A stretch of 64,000 nt of DNA from Longimicrobiales bacterium (GTDB taxonomy: Bacteria; Gemmatimonadota; Gemmatimonadetes; Longimicrobiales; Gaopeijiaceae), in NCBI GenBank assembly GCA_965238005.1, contig OZ250165.1:4480001-4544000 (forward strand), read 5' to 3'. Each line of letters starts with the position of its first letter. Positions within the stretch are counted from its first letter, which is position 1. Of this stretch, positions 49,609 through 60,440 are shown piece by piece. A program made the position numbers and the translations under genes. The notes below the pieces were generated by a model. The model searched no databases. It was not told the DNA's origin and was given only the letters and a program-made list of their open reading frames with translations.

Positions 49609-49892
49609 CCGAACTCTCCCGGTGAGTCGTCAGCGCCTCGAGATACTCTTTGAATCTACTTGAGCGAGGCCGGTTTCGGCGAGGATTTTCGTTCTTGTGG
49701 CTACGCTAACCAGACGGATCGGGGTTGCGCGCATGGGCGCGGAACCCCTGTAGTCCGCCGGCCCGATGCGGTTGCCGATGACTTCTCAGTTGCCTCCCCG
49801 GGCTCGCGGGTCGAGCGTGGGATCTCCGATGCCCAGCACTCGGTGCCGGGGATATGAGCACTGCTGACACGTGCTCCGACCCAGCCGGCCCA

Positions 49893-52800
49893 CTAGAGGC
49901 AGGGCATGTTGCCCACGTTCACCGGAGCAAGCGCGAACGCGGAGCCCGGGTTTCTGAGGTCGATGGTGGCGATCAACGCGTCAACGTCCTCCTCACAGAG
50001 CATCGGGTTCAGCTGAATGGTGAAGCCGCTCCCCACCGCCGGCGTCGCGCTCGTGGTGCCTATGCCCGACAGCCCACTCACGCTCGTGAGCGATGCGTTC
50101 CCCGACACGAACACTGTCCACAGGGGCGATGTGATGCCGCCCAACGCGTCCAACGAGGTGAGCGCGTCATTGTTCGAGATGGTTATTCCACGGTTTACGG
50201 TCGTGAGGAGGGTGAAGTCCAACGTCGTCAAGAACGGGTTGTTTTCGATTCGGAGCAGTCCGTAGGTGGTGCTCACACCTACTCCTGCCCCGAGCAGGGC
50301 TAGCTTCGGGAACGAGACACTCGTGAGGCCGTCATTGTTTTCGATGACGAGCGTCTCGCCCACGGTGACCAGTGCGCCGAGCGGCCCAAGGGTCGTCAGC
50401 ATGGGGTTGTCCGAGATGTGCAAGTCTTCCTGGATCGTGGCCAGCATCGGCGCCGTGAACGAGGTGAGGTTGGGCTGACCTCTCAGGAAAAGATCGTCGC
50501 CGACGAACGTGAGTGCGGGGAACGAGAGGCTCTCCAGACCGTCGTTGCCGTCCGCCGCACCAGACTCCGCCATGTCGATGTCGTCTTCAACCCTCTCCAG
50601 GCTCGAGAAGTCGAGAACCAGGGGTGTCCCGCCGGTCCCGTTTTCCCACACCTCCATGTCGTCGCCGATGGTGACGAGGCTCGGCAGGGACAACAACCGG
50701 AGCGCCGGATTATCCACGACGTCGAGGTCGTCGGCGATCGTGTGCAGCACGGCGAACGAGGCGGTCTCCAGATTAGTGTTCCTCTCCAAGTCGATGTTGT
50801 TGCCGATCGACTCGAGGCCCGGGAAAGCAGTCTGGATCAAGTTGAGATTGTCCAACACCTTGACGTCGTCGCCTACGATGGCGAGAACGGGCAGGTTGAT
50901 CGTCGCCAGTCCGGGGGTGTTGGCGATGGTGAGATCGATCCCGATCTCTTCGATTCCATTCAGGCCCGCGACATCCGTCAGCGACAGGTTATTTGTGATG
51001 GTGACGTTGCCCGTGACCTCCCGGATCGTCTCGAGGCCGTCGAGGTTGGTCACCGACGTTCCCTCGACCCTCAAGCTGCCCTCGATCTTGATATAGCGGG
51101 CGGCCGCGGCTTCGGCGAGGGTCATTACGCCGACGCCGGGGGAGTCGCTGATGACCAGATCGCCGACGTGTGCCTTGAAGACGTCAGTGAGGATGACGAA
51201 GTCGGCCCGCCCCGTCGGGTTGTTCGGATCGAGCGTGACGCTGGCCGACGAGGGCGAGAACCCCTTGTAGTCGGCTCTGGGGAGTGGGTGGACCGTGTAG
51301 CTGCCGGCGAACAGGCCGGGGAACCGGTAGTGGCCGTCGACATCGCTCTCCGTCTGCATGAGGAGTGTGGAGCCCTGTCTCAGTTCCACTTCGATGATGC
51401 GGATGGGCTCGGGCGCCGCCGCAGGGCTGCCCTCGGCCTCGCCCGGTACCGGTGATGCGGCTCCCAGCGTGAACGTGCCCTCGATGAACGAAGTGACCGT
51501 GGCGAAGAAGTCCGAGCCCGTCCCGTTCACGAACACACGGAACAGGGCGTCGCCCGGTGCCGCCGAGGGCGCCACTCCGGTGAGCGTGCCCGTGAGCGTG
51601 CTGCCGCTCGCGTTGAGCTTGGGCGACGAGCCCGCCCACGTCACTTGGTCGATGAGCGGGATCACGTCTCCGTTGATGTCCAGCGGCTGGAGCATCACCT
51701 CCACGCTCGAGCCCACCTCGACCTCCGGTGTCTCCGGGCTGATCGTGACTCTCCGAACCTCCGGCGTCGCCTCCACCTCCACGTTCAGCACATCGGTCGT
51801 GACGGTCAGCGCCGTGGGCGGTGCCCTCGTGATCGCGAATCCGGCAGGTGCCGCATACGCCGCCGTGTAGTCGCCCGCCAGGATCCCGTCCAGGAAGAGC
51901 GAGCCCGACGCGTCCGTCACACCCGACGACGCCTCGGTGCCGCCCTGCGTGAGGACCACGCCCAGACCCGCCACCGGTGCGCCCCACGGCGTCACGGCCG
52001 TCACCGCCACGCTCCCGAAGATGGGCGTGTAGGGGAACGTCGCCTCGCTCGTGAGCGTCGCCACCCGGATACCTCCGGCCGCCACACCCCGGGGCACCAC
52101 GACCCGGATGCTCGTGGCCGTGATCTCCAGCACCTCGACCTCCACCTCACCCTCAGACGTCGGGAAGAACACCCGCGTGTTCGACGCGATGATCGGATCG
52201 AAGCCGCTGCCCAGGATCAGTGCTTCCTGGCCGGGGATCGGTACCTCGGGATCGAGTCCCGTGATGTCCACTGGGGGCGGAGGAGAGGGAGGCGTGAAGC
52301 CGCCGCTCGCGCTGCCCCACGCCGGATCCGCGCCACTGATGCCCAACGCCATCGGAGGACTGCCTCCGTCCACGGGCGCCACCATCAGCCCGTCGCCTCC
52401 CGCGTACAGCGCCCAGCCGCCCTGGATCGCAGGCCGGGAGCCCGTCACAACGCCCGGCACCGGACCCGAGCCCTGGATGAACACCTGGCCTTCTCCGTCC
52501 AGATAGGCCAGCCGTCCCTCCGCCGTCACCGTCGGGAAGCTCGCAGCGCCCGGGATCAACAGGTTCCGGCTGCCGCTCACCACGTCCACCAGCTCGATGG
52601 AGCCGCCACTCACGTACAGACTCGTGGCACCCGCCCACGCGGGCAGCGAGCCCGCCGGCCCCTCCGACTCCCCCGAGCCGTCGGCGTTGGCCAGCAGCAG
52701 CACCCCGCCCCCGTCCGCCGCGATCTTCGTCCCGTCCGGCGACGGAGCAGGCCACGAGCCCGACATGATCGCAACGCCCGAGATGAAGACCATCCTTCGC

Positions 52801-53674
52801 CGTACATCACCCCGTTGCCCGTGGGCACAGGGCCGTGCGCTTCGCCCGTCCCCGCGATCACCCGCGCCGTGCCGCCCACCACAGGGGCCGTCATCACCAT
52901 GCCGCCCTGGATGAACGTCATCTCCCCGCCGAACACGTAGACCCACACGCTGGCGCTCAGACCCGTGGGCGTCGTCACAGTCACGAGCGTCCGGCCGCCG
53001 CCGCCGCCCGTCACCGTGCCGGCGTCGTTGACCGATGCCACTCCGGTCGAGGCCACCGTCCAGCCCAGCGGTACGTCGGCCAGCACGCTGCCGTCGCTCC
53101 CCAACACCTCCGCCTCGAACGTCCGACTCCCGCCCGGAGGCAGCACCGCGCCCGTCGACAGGATCTCGACCCCCACCGCATCGGCGCCCGGACCCTCGTA
53201 CGTGAGTGGTACGGAGAACGGTGGCGGAGGCGTGGCGGTCTGCGTGTCGGTCGTCGCCACCGTGAGGGGTGGCGACTCGAAGAGCACGGTCTCGCCCTGC
53301 ATGGCGATGATCGTGACGCACACCGGCTCACCGGGCGTGATCCCCGGAAGCTCCACCGACAGGTCGTACACGTCCTCGCCGGGCGTCACCTCGAAGATCA
53401 CGTCCAGCAGCACTTCGGTGCAGCTCACATCCTTGACGATCAGCCGGAAGCGGTCCACCCGGTCGAACGCCTGGCTCAGGGCGTCCTCCTGGGCGGCGCT
53501 CAGAGCGGGGGCGCCCGGTGCCACCGCATAGCTGAGCTGAGGCACCAGGTGGAGCACGTGCGGCCGTTCGTCCGTGGCCGGACCAGCCACGGGGCCGTCC
53601 ACGCAAGAACCGAGCAGCAACGCGGAGACTAGAGCTACCAATCCCGGGAGGGAGACCGGCCGACGTGCCTTCAC
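49893..53674 (-). CDS. Large surface lipoprotein: Ig-like, TolB-like repeats, IPT/TIG, carboxypeptidase-regulatory-like and receptor-L-domain repeats (frameshift near 52795)
   Basis: Lipobox LGSC; VASVNDAGTVTG; PAPSPDG/PAW repeats; ILGSGF; many LxxIGDDLxIxxNxxL repeats. Two ORFs join at YGEG|MVFISG with one base missing. Confidence 0.75.
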
Positions 53675-53853
53675 GGGGGGACCTTCCAATCCTTCAGCGA
53701 CAGAGAGGGACTTTAATCGCCCCTCCTTCCAATCTTCGTGCACTTCCACCCTCTTGCAAGCGAAAATCCCACGACCGGATGAGGCCCTTTTCCGGTCCTT
53801 CCGACCGGGAGTATGTTTTAGTCCCTCACTTCCACCGAGCAGGAGTGCCTTGA

Positions 53854-55032
53854 GTGGCCGCTGAACCCCGTGATCTGTCCTTGGACGAAGTGATGGAGAT
53901 GCTCCGACACGTCGACCTCTTCCAGGGACTGCCGGACGACGAGCTCAGTGGCGTGAGCGAGGTCGTCAATGGCGTGACCGCACAGGATGGTGAGGTACTC
54001 TTCGAGGAGGGAGAGCCCGGCGACTGCTTCTATGTTGTGTCAAAGGGCGCCGTGGAGATATCGAAGGGCGTTTCGGGGGGCGGAACAGATAAGCTCGCGG
54101 TCCGCAGGGCCGGTGAAGCCTTCGGGGAGATGGCCCTCTTGAACGACGCCCCCCGCTCAGCTACGGCCAAGGCGATGGAGGAAACCGAGCTGCTGACCTT
54201 GTCGCGTGAGGACTTCGAGCAGCTCGTCGGCGGCGACGGCCTCGCGATGCGCATGTTGCAGGTGCTCTCGAAGGCTCTCCGTGCCCTCGACGTTCGGTTT
54301 GCGAGCCTCGAGCGGGGCGTCCCGAGTCCGGTAGTGACGGGGGGCGGAGCCGACGACGCCAACCGGGCTCTACAGCGCGCGATCATGCCAAGGAGCGCCC
54401 CGACGGCCGACGGGTTCGACATCGCCGCCGGCACGATGCTGGAAGAGTCGGGCGCCGGCCGGACCGCCTGGGAGACCGTCCGCTTTGCCGACGGGAGAGC
54501 GGGCTTGGTGACCATGACGGTCCACGGAGACGGGCTTCCACCCGCCCACCAGTTGGCCCTCGCCCGGGCCTTCCTCAACGAGTTCGCACGGACGGGTCAA
54601 TCGACGGAGTCGCTTTTCGCAGCCGTCAACGACGGTCTGTCTCACAACGAGACGCCCGGCGTCGATCAGACGATCGCGGCCGGGATGTTGGTGCCAGGCG
54701 ACGGTTCCGTGCTCTGGTCCGGAGCGGGTGATGTCCGAGGCGCGGTGATCCGCAGGGACGGAACTCTGGACGAGTTCCCGTCCCACGGCCCCCCCCTGGG
54801 CATGCTGGACGGCTTCCAGTACGGAACCCAGGAGTACGAGATCGGCACGGGCGACATGGTGATCGTCCTCTCGACGGGCTCGACCGGTCTGTTCAGGGGG
54901 GCGGCCGACCTGGTCTCCACCCTGCAGCAGAAGCCCGCCGGAGAGGTCGTGGCGACCGTGCACAAGGCCATCCGGAAGCTCCAGGGCGAGGACGTCAAGG
55001 AGACTACGGTCCTATTCATGAGGAAGCACTAG
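53854..55032 (+). CDS. cNMP-binding domain + degenerate PP2C/SpoIIE domain
   Basis: LFEEGEPGD…FGEMALL…PRSATA; SpoIIE-like LQRAIMP, GFDIAA, GPPLG, GDMVIV, but the catalytic Asp residues are missing. Confidence 0.85.
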   Translation: MAAEPRDLSLDEVMEMLRHVDLFQGLPDDELSGVSEVVNGVTAQDGEVLFEEGEPGDCFYVVSKGAVEISKGVSGGGTDKLAVRRAGEAFGEMALLNDAPRSATAKAMEETELLTLSREDFEQLVGGDGLAMRMLQVLSKALRALDVRFASLERGVPSPVVTGGGADDANRALQRAIMPRSAPTADGFDIAAGTMLEESGAGRTAWETVRFADGRAGLVTMTVHGDGLPPAHQLALARAFLNEFARTGQSTESLFAAVNDGLSHNETPGVDQTIAAGMLVPGDGSVLWSGAGDVRGAVIRRDGTLDEFPSHGPPLGMLDGFQYGTQEYEIGTGDMVIVLSTGSTGLFRGAADLVSTLQQKPAGEVVATVHKAIRKLQGEDVKETTVLFMRKH

Positions 55033-55052
55033 TTCATGAGGAGGCATTAAGC

Positions 55053-55352
55053 ATGGAGGTCACCGAGAAAGACGTCCGTAACGCGCTGAAGAAGGTCAAG
55101 GACCCCGAGCTGGATCTCGACCTCGTCGTCCTGGGCCTCGTCTACGACATCGAGGTCGATGGTGAGGACGTGCATGTGGTCATGTCGCTGACCTCGCCGA
55201 TGTGTCCTGTTGCCGACCAGCTCGTCTTGGACGCGCAGGCTGCCGTGGAGGGGGTGGACGGTGTGGAGAGCTGCGAGGTCGACCTCACCTTCGACCCGCC
55301 ATGGACGCCCGAGCGCATCGCGCCACTGATTCGGGCATCGCTGGGACTCTAG
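55053..55352 (+). CDS. DUF59/SufT-like Fe-S cluster assembly factor
   Basis: VKDPEL, LGLVY, LTSPMCP, FDPPW. Confidence 0.92.
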   Translation: MEVTEKDVRNALKKVKDPELDLDLVVLGLVYDIEVDGEDVHVVMSLTSPMCPVADQLVLDAQAAVEGVDGVESCEVDLTFDPPWTPERIAPLIRASLGL

Positions 55353-55512
55353 TCTTCCGTTTCCGAAGTTCGCGAGCCACCAAGAGGGTCGGGGGGGCGT
55401 GGGATCAAGGCGGGACGACGCGGCGTAGCGTAAGCTACGGTAAGGAGTTCCAACGCCGAGCCCACGGATGCACCGTGCCCTCGACTGGCCGAGACACTTT
55501 GGTAACGGGACT
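55353..55512. repeat. 160-bp MITE-like element flanked by CTAG
   Basis: CTAG at 55349-52 (overlapping the stop codon) and 55513-16; inverted homologue of 57437-57596. Confidence 0.85.
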
Positions 55513-55540
55513 CTAGGAACGATTTCGCCGCTCCGAGCAC

Positions 55541-55595
55541 TGGATACGGGGGGGGGTCGTCGTATAGACTATTTCGTTCGAACGATCGTTCGAAC
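55541..55595 (+). promoter_or_regulatory. Sigma70-like promoter with G9 spacer and LexA-type (GAAC-N4-GTTC) box
   Basis: TGGATA-18 bp-TAGACT, then the perfect 20-bp palindrome GTTCGAACGATCGTTCGAAC (55576-55595). Confidence 0.5.
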
Positions 55596-55635
55596 TGTAA
55601 TCGAGAGAGCGGATCGTCATGAAGTGGCGGGGGAC

Positions 55636-56187
55636 TCAGGGGACGAGCTCTACGTCCTCCAGGTAATCCCGCAGTGGACGTGCCACCTCGACCGCCCGTT
55701 CCGTGACGGCCAGCGTCAGGGGCTTCGTCGGCTTCGTACTGCCCGTAAGGTGCTGCACAACGGCCTCGCCCAGGCTCGAATCGGAGCTGGCGGAAGCTGC
55801 GTGGTACTCCGCGTAACGGGCGCCCACTCTCTGCTCGAAGAAGGGAAGCTGGGCCTCGGGGGTTCCGTTCTCCACCATGTCCTCGAAGACCGCTGCGTGG
55901 AGGGCATCGAGGGTCCGTTTGAGCAGGTCGGCGGGGGCGCGACCTACGAACGCTTGCTGCGCACCCCGGGTGTGGGCCCACATGAGGAAGATGAGGGCCT
56001 CCTCTACGGCGTGCTGATCGGGCTCACCCTTCAGGTCCACCAAGCCCAAGCCGCTGAGCGCGGTCTCGCCGTCGCCTTCTGAGACGAAATCGGTGAAGCT
56101 TTCCCAAACGAGACGGGCGAGGTCGTCACCGAGGTTGTCAGGTGTTATCGTCTGGGGAGCATGGAACTCCCAGGTGGCCTCGGTCAT
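55636..56187 (-). CDS. Hypothetical protein
   Basis: ATG start, 183-aa helical acidic protein, host-like codon use. Confidence 0.7.
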   Translation of the reverse strand: MTEATWEFHAPQTITPDNLGDDLARLVWESFTDFVSEGDGETALSGLGLVDLKGEPDQHAVEEALIFLMWAHTRGAQQAFVGRAPADLLKRTLDALHAAVFEDMVENGTPEAQLPFFEQRVGARYAEYHAASASSDSSLGEAVVQHLTGSTKPTKPLTLAVTERAVEVARPLRDYLEDVELVP

Positions 56188-56306
56188 TTTTAGCTATCGT
56201 GTCGTATATGGCATCCAGATGAAGATGACTGGACCCCCAATTCCGCTCCGTGATGTTGGGGTGTCAAGCATTTTTCGGACCCCCGGCACTCGGAGCTAGA
56301 TCAGTC

Positions 56307-57011
56307 ATGACGTTTGAACACCCAAGTCGCTCCTTCCTTCGGCAGTTTCAGAGGCTTACCCCGCGTCGTCTGCTCGCCATGGCCGTCCTGATCCTGGGCG
56401 CCTGCACGAGCGCGGCTTCGCTTCCTGCCCCCCGCTCTCTCATCGTTCGTTCCGGAGCCAGGCTTCAGGCCGACCGGGCTCGACTGTCCGACATCGACGT
56501 CTGGGTGCGTGCCCAGCAGGAAAACATCACGATGGATCCGTCGTTCTGGATCATCGAGAGCACCACACGTGACGAGACGTATCCTTGGCAGGGGCTCACG
56601 ATCAGCTCCGACACGGCGTACGTGTTGGTGCCGGCGGTCGCGCCGGAGTCGGGCTCGATCATGGCTTTCTACGGGCACTACCATCTCATGAAGACGATGG
56701 ACCGGCTGGACGAGTTCCTTCCCGAGGCCGCGGAGGCCGAGGGATATGAGCTCGAGATAGCCATCCTCACCCGAGTGGCGGACGCCTGGCTGTACGGAAG
56801 GGCGCTGTTCGACATGACTCCCTATGGGCCTCTTGACGAGCTCATGTATGCGCGGGAGCACGGCTTTCTGGAAGCGTTCATCCTCACGTCCCGCCCCGAC
56901 GAATTCAAGGAGGAGAGGAGTGCCTGGCTGGACGCGAATCCTGGACAGCAGGAGGAGTACCTCCGGTGGTTCCTGGAAACGTTCGAGCGGGAGCCTCTCG
57001 GCCTGAGGTAA
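56307..57011 (+). CDS. Hypothetical lipoprotein
   Basis: Lipobox LGAC; globular composition. Confidence 0.7.
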   Translation: MTFEHPSRSFLRQFQRLTPRRLLAMAVLILGACTSAASLPAPRSLIVRSGARLQADRARLSDIDVWVRAQQENITMDPSFWIIESTTRDETYPWQGLTISSDTAYVLVPAVAPESGSIMAFYGHYHLMKTMDRLDEFLPEAAEAEGYELEIAILTRVADAWLYGRALFDMTPYGPLDELMYAREHGFLEAFILTSRPDEFKEERSAWLDANPGQQEEYLRWFLETFEREPLGLR

Positions 57012-57038
57012 CCCCTACGCCAGGTTTGGGTTGCGCCG

Positions 57039-57365
57039 CTACGGCAGCGGGCCTGAGACCTCCCACTTGAGGCCGATGGCGCCGACGTCGCCCTCCACGG
57101 CCGATACATGAACGTCCACCCGCCCGGTGCGGTGAATGCGATCGTCTGAAGGTCGCCCACCGAACAGCGCGAACCCGTCGACCCGAATCCTGCACGACCT
57201 CTGGCCGTCCGGTGAGTCAGCCCGTAACGTCGCGCCCTTGAGCTCACGGGTCGTGGGAGCTTCCCCGGACTGGAAACGGAGCTTCAGCAGCCGGCCGCCG
57301 TGGGGGGCCTCCATGGCATCCAGAACGCGGAAAACCGCTTTGTGCTCTGGGGTGACGGTGGCCAT
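57039..57365 (-). CDS. Hypothetical small beta-rich protein
   Basis: GAAAGG before ATG; 108 aa. Confidence 0.65.
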   Translation of the reverse strand: MATVTPEHKAVFRVLDAMEAPHGGRLLKLRFQSGEAPTTRELKGATLRADSPDGQRSCRIRVDGFALFGGRPSDDRIHRTGRVDVHVSAVEGDVGAIGLKWEVSGPLP

Positions 57366-57436
57366 ATGCCTTTCGGTGTGGGAACGAGGCTCCAGCCGGA
57401 TGTCATAGGCTAGCGTGGGGTCTCCGAAATTCCTAG

Positions 57437-57596
57437 TGTCCCGCTGCCAAAGTGTCTCGGCCAGTCGAGGGCACGGTGCATCCGTGGGCTCGGCGTTGGG
57501 ACTCTTTACCGTAGCTAATGCTACGCCGCGTCGTCCCGCCTTAATCCCACGGCGCCCCGAGCCTCTTGGTGGCTCGCGAACTTCGGCAACGGAACA
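57437..57596. repeat. 160-bp MITE-like element flanked by CTAG
   Basis: CTAG|TGTCCCGCTGCCAAAGT…ACTTCGGCAACGGAACA|CTAG (IRs match 14/17). Confidence 0.85.
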
Positions 57597-57682
57597 CTAG
57601 AGCCGTGGCGTGCTCCGGTCTGCGGGAGCCGTCAGGATGAAGACGGACCCGGGGATTGCCGGTACTCTGTGGACGAGGAGAC

Positions 57683-59137
57683 ATGGTGGAAGGAACAATC
57701 GATGGACGGGGGCGGCGGCCACACGACAACGGACTCGTCCTGGACGAGGACGAGATGCGTCGCCTCGGCTACGAGGCCGTCGATCTCATCGTGAAACGCT
57801 GGACAACGCTGCGGGAGAGCACCGCCTGGGTCGGAGCCACCCGTGAGGAGATGGAGGCGCTTTTCCGGGAGGCGGCTCCCGAAGAGGGCTCACCACCCCT
57901 CGAAGTGATGGAGCGTGCGGCCAACGAGGTCATGCGCTACGCAGGACGAATCGATCATCCCCGCTTCTTCGCCTTCGTCCCTTCATCCCCGACCTGGCCC
58001 ACGCTGTTGGCGGACATGCTGGCGTCCGGATTCAACGTGTTCCAGGGGACCTGGCTCGAGTCCGCCGGTCCCAGTCAGATCGAGCTCGTCGTCCTTGACT
58101 GGTTCCGTGAATGGCTCGGACTGCCGGCCACGGCCGGGGGCGTATTCACGAGCGGCGGCTCGGCTGCGAACCTGGACGCGCTGGTGACGGCCCGGGCCAG
58201 CCGCGGTCATCCTGCCGATCCCATCCTGTACAACTCGGACCAGGCCCACTTCTCCCTTGGCCGGGCAGCCCGCATCGCGGGATTCGGGCTAGATGCCGTG
58301 CGCTCGATTCCCACGGATGACGAGTATCGAATGGACCTGGATGCCTTGCGGCAGGCGATCCAGCGCGATCGTGATGCAGGACTCAACCCCCTTTTGGTGG
58401 CTGCGAATGGTGGGGCGACGAACACGGGGGTGGTGGATCCGCTCCGTGAGCTCGGTGGGCTCTGCAGGGAGGAGGGCCTCTGGCTTCACGTCGACGGCGC
58501 GTACGGGGGCTTTGCCGTGCTCACGGAGGAAGGCCGGGCAGCCCTGGACGGAGTCGATCTCGCCGACAGCGTAACGCTCGATCCCCACAAGTGGCTGTTC
58601 CAGTCGTACGAGACCGGATGTCTTCTGGTTCGGGATGCCTCGGAGCTCGAATCGGCCTTCAGCACGAGCCCCGAATACCTCCAGGATGCTCAGATGGGTC
58701 GCGATCACGTGAACTTCGGTGACCGCGGCCTTCAGCTCTCCCGGTCCTTCCGGGCGCTGAAGGTCTGGATGTCCATCAAGACCTTTGGGGTGGGTGCGTT
58801 CCGCGAGGCGATCCAGCGGTCGATGGATCTGGCGCGGGAGGCGGAACGGTACGTGTCGGGCTCTTCCGAGCTCGAACTGCTCAGTCCGGCGAGCCTGGGC
58901 GTCGTGTGCTATCGCTACGATCCGGCGAGCCACGAGATCGATCCCGAGGGCCTCGAGGATCTGAACGTCGAGATCCAGGAGCGGATCGTATCGAGCGGCT
59001 ACGCCATGGTCTCGTCCACGCGCTTGAGGGGGGTGTACTCGCTCCGCCTGTGCGTGATGAACTACACGTCGACTCGGGAGGACGTGGTGGGCACACTCCG
59101 CATGGTGGAGGAGATCGGACGGGGGCTCCTGGCGTGA
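57683..59137 (+). CDS. PLP-dependent group II decarboxylase (aromatic amino acid decarboxylase-like)
   Basis: [39 protein letters not shown]. Confidence 0.92.
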   Translation: MVEGTIDGRGRRPHDNGLVLDEDEMRRLGYEAVDLIVKRWTTLRESTAWVGATREEMEALFREAAPEEGSPPLEVMERAANEVMRYAGRIDHPRFFAFVPSSPTWPTLLADMLASGFNVFQGTWLESAGPSQIELVVLDWFREWLGLPATAGGVFTSGGSAANLDALVTARASRGHPADPILYNSDQAHFSLGRAARIAGFGLDAVRSIPTDDEYRMDLDALRQAIQRDRDAGLNPLLVAANGGATNTGVVDPLRELGGLCREEGLWLHVDGAYGGFAVLTEEGRAALDGVDLADSVTLDPHKWLFQSYETGCLLVRDASELESAFSTSPEYLQDAQMGRDHVNFGDRGLQLSRSFRALKVWMSIKTFGVGAFREAIQRSMDLAREAERYVSGSSELELLSPASLGVVCYRYDPASHEIDPEGLEDLNVEIQERIVSSGYAMVSSTRLRGVYSLRLCVMNYTSTREDVVGTLRMVEEIGRGLLA

Positions 59138-59862
59138 GGATCGTGATGGCCGGGGCCCTCGCCTACCCCGTCATCGTGCTGCTTCTGGTGAAGGCGACGG
59201 CGCTCGGGCTTCTCGATGCGCTCTTCCTGGCGGGGCTTCTCGAGCTTCTTCCGACCCTGGCGCTGGGCCAGATGGCGTTGGCGCGCGACGTGGTCATCGA
59301 GAGGGCGCCGGCGTACATGAGCTCCGGCTCCACGGTTCTGCTGCTCGGGATTCTGAGCCTTTTCATGGGACGGCGGTTGGTGGGACCGCCGGCTCTGGGA
59401 CTCGAGGCTCCCTTGTCGGTTTCGAACGTCCTGTGGACCGGAACGTTGTTTCTGGTCGGCATCGGCACCCTCCTGGTGTTCCGGGCGTTGCGGAGGGCCA
59501 TGGGGACCGAGGAGACCCGGTTGGTGCACCAGCTCATGCCGGTGACGGGCAAGGAGAGGTGGCTCTTCGCCGGCCTGTCCCTCTGTGCCGGCTTCGGCGA
59601 GGAGATGGCGTACCGCGGGTACGCTCTCACGGCTCTCGTCCTGGCCACCGGGTCGGCTACCTTGGCGCTGATCGTGACCTCCGCGACCTTTGGAGTGCTC
59701 CATGCGTACCAGGGCCCGATCGGCGTGGTCAGGACCGGAGTCGTCGGGCTGATCATGGGCGCTGCCTTCCTCCACACGGGAAGCCTCTGGCCACCCATTG
59801 TTGCCCATACGCTCATAGACCTGGTGGCCGGTCTCGCGCTGAGGGAGCGGTTGCTGTCTTAG
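59134..59862 (+). CDS. CPBP (CAAX/Abi) intramembrane glutamic protease
   Basis: EEMAYRG, FGVLHAYQG, AHTLID. Confidence 0.9.
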   Translation: MRIVMAGALAYPVIVLLLVKATALGLLDALFLAGLLELLPTLALGQMALARDVVIERAPAYMSSGSTVLLLGILSLFMGRRLVGPPALGLEAPLSVSNVLWTGTLFLVGIGTLLVFRALRRAMGTEETRLVHQLMPVTGKERWLFAGLSLCAGFGEEMAYRGYALTALVLATGSATLALIVTSATFGVLHAYQGPIGVVRTGVVGLIMGAAFLHTGSLWPPIVAHTLIDLVAGLALRERLLS

Positions 59863-59898
59863 CCCCGTTTCTTTGGTGCCTTCGAATGAGGAAGTGAC

Positions 59899-60315
59899 AT
59901 GGAGATAGATGTGGCCCTATTGGCCGACGCCGCCACGATCGACGCCACCGGGAAGATGAACATCCTCGGAATCTTCGACCGCATCAGCGTCAGTCAATTT
60001 CCCGCCCAGCACGGGCGCATTGCCCTTGTCCTACGCCTCACGGCCGGAACCTCGGAGGTGGGGACGCACGAGATGGAGATCCGGCTGTCCGATCCGGATG
60101 GGGCCGAGGTGCTGTCGCTGAACGGCGAGATGCACTTGGCGGGTGGGCCCGGTGCGGGTGAAGGCTTCCGAGTGCCCCATGTACTCAATCTGGACGGACT
60201 GGTGTTTCCCGGACCCGGCCGCTACAGCTTCGACGTCAAGGTCGACGGGGAGCACCACGTGTCCATCTCACTCGTCGTGGACGGACCACCCCGGGTGCAG
60301 GGTGCCCTTGCTTGA
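59899..60315 (+). CDS. DUF6941-like protein
   Basis: LADAA…GKMNILGIFD…FPGPGRYSF. Confidence 0.7.
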   Translation: MEIDVALLADAATIDATGKMNILGIFDRISVSQFPAQHGRIALVLRLTAGTSEVGTHEMEIRLSDPDGAEVLSLNGEMHLAGGPGAGEGFRVPHVLNLDGLVFPGPGRYSFDVKVDGEHHVSISLVVDGPPRVQGALA

Positions 60316-60440
60316 GACGCATCCCGGTCCTATCTCCCCGAAGGCGTCGGGCCCCGGTGAACGCTTGACTTGCGGAAACAATCTGCCGATGGAATAGGTA
60401 AATAAGTAAGAGGGAAGCTCGGCAACAGAGGGGGCGAGCC

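Noticed and set aside
49609..49892. Possible riboswitch upstream of the signalling operon
   Set aside because: No recognisable c-di-GMP or other aptamer consensus by eye; needs an Rfam scan.
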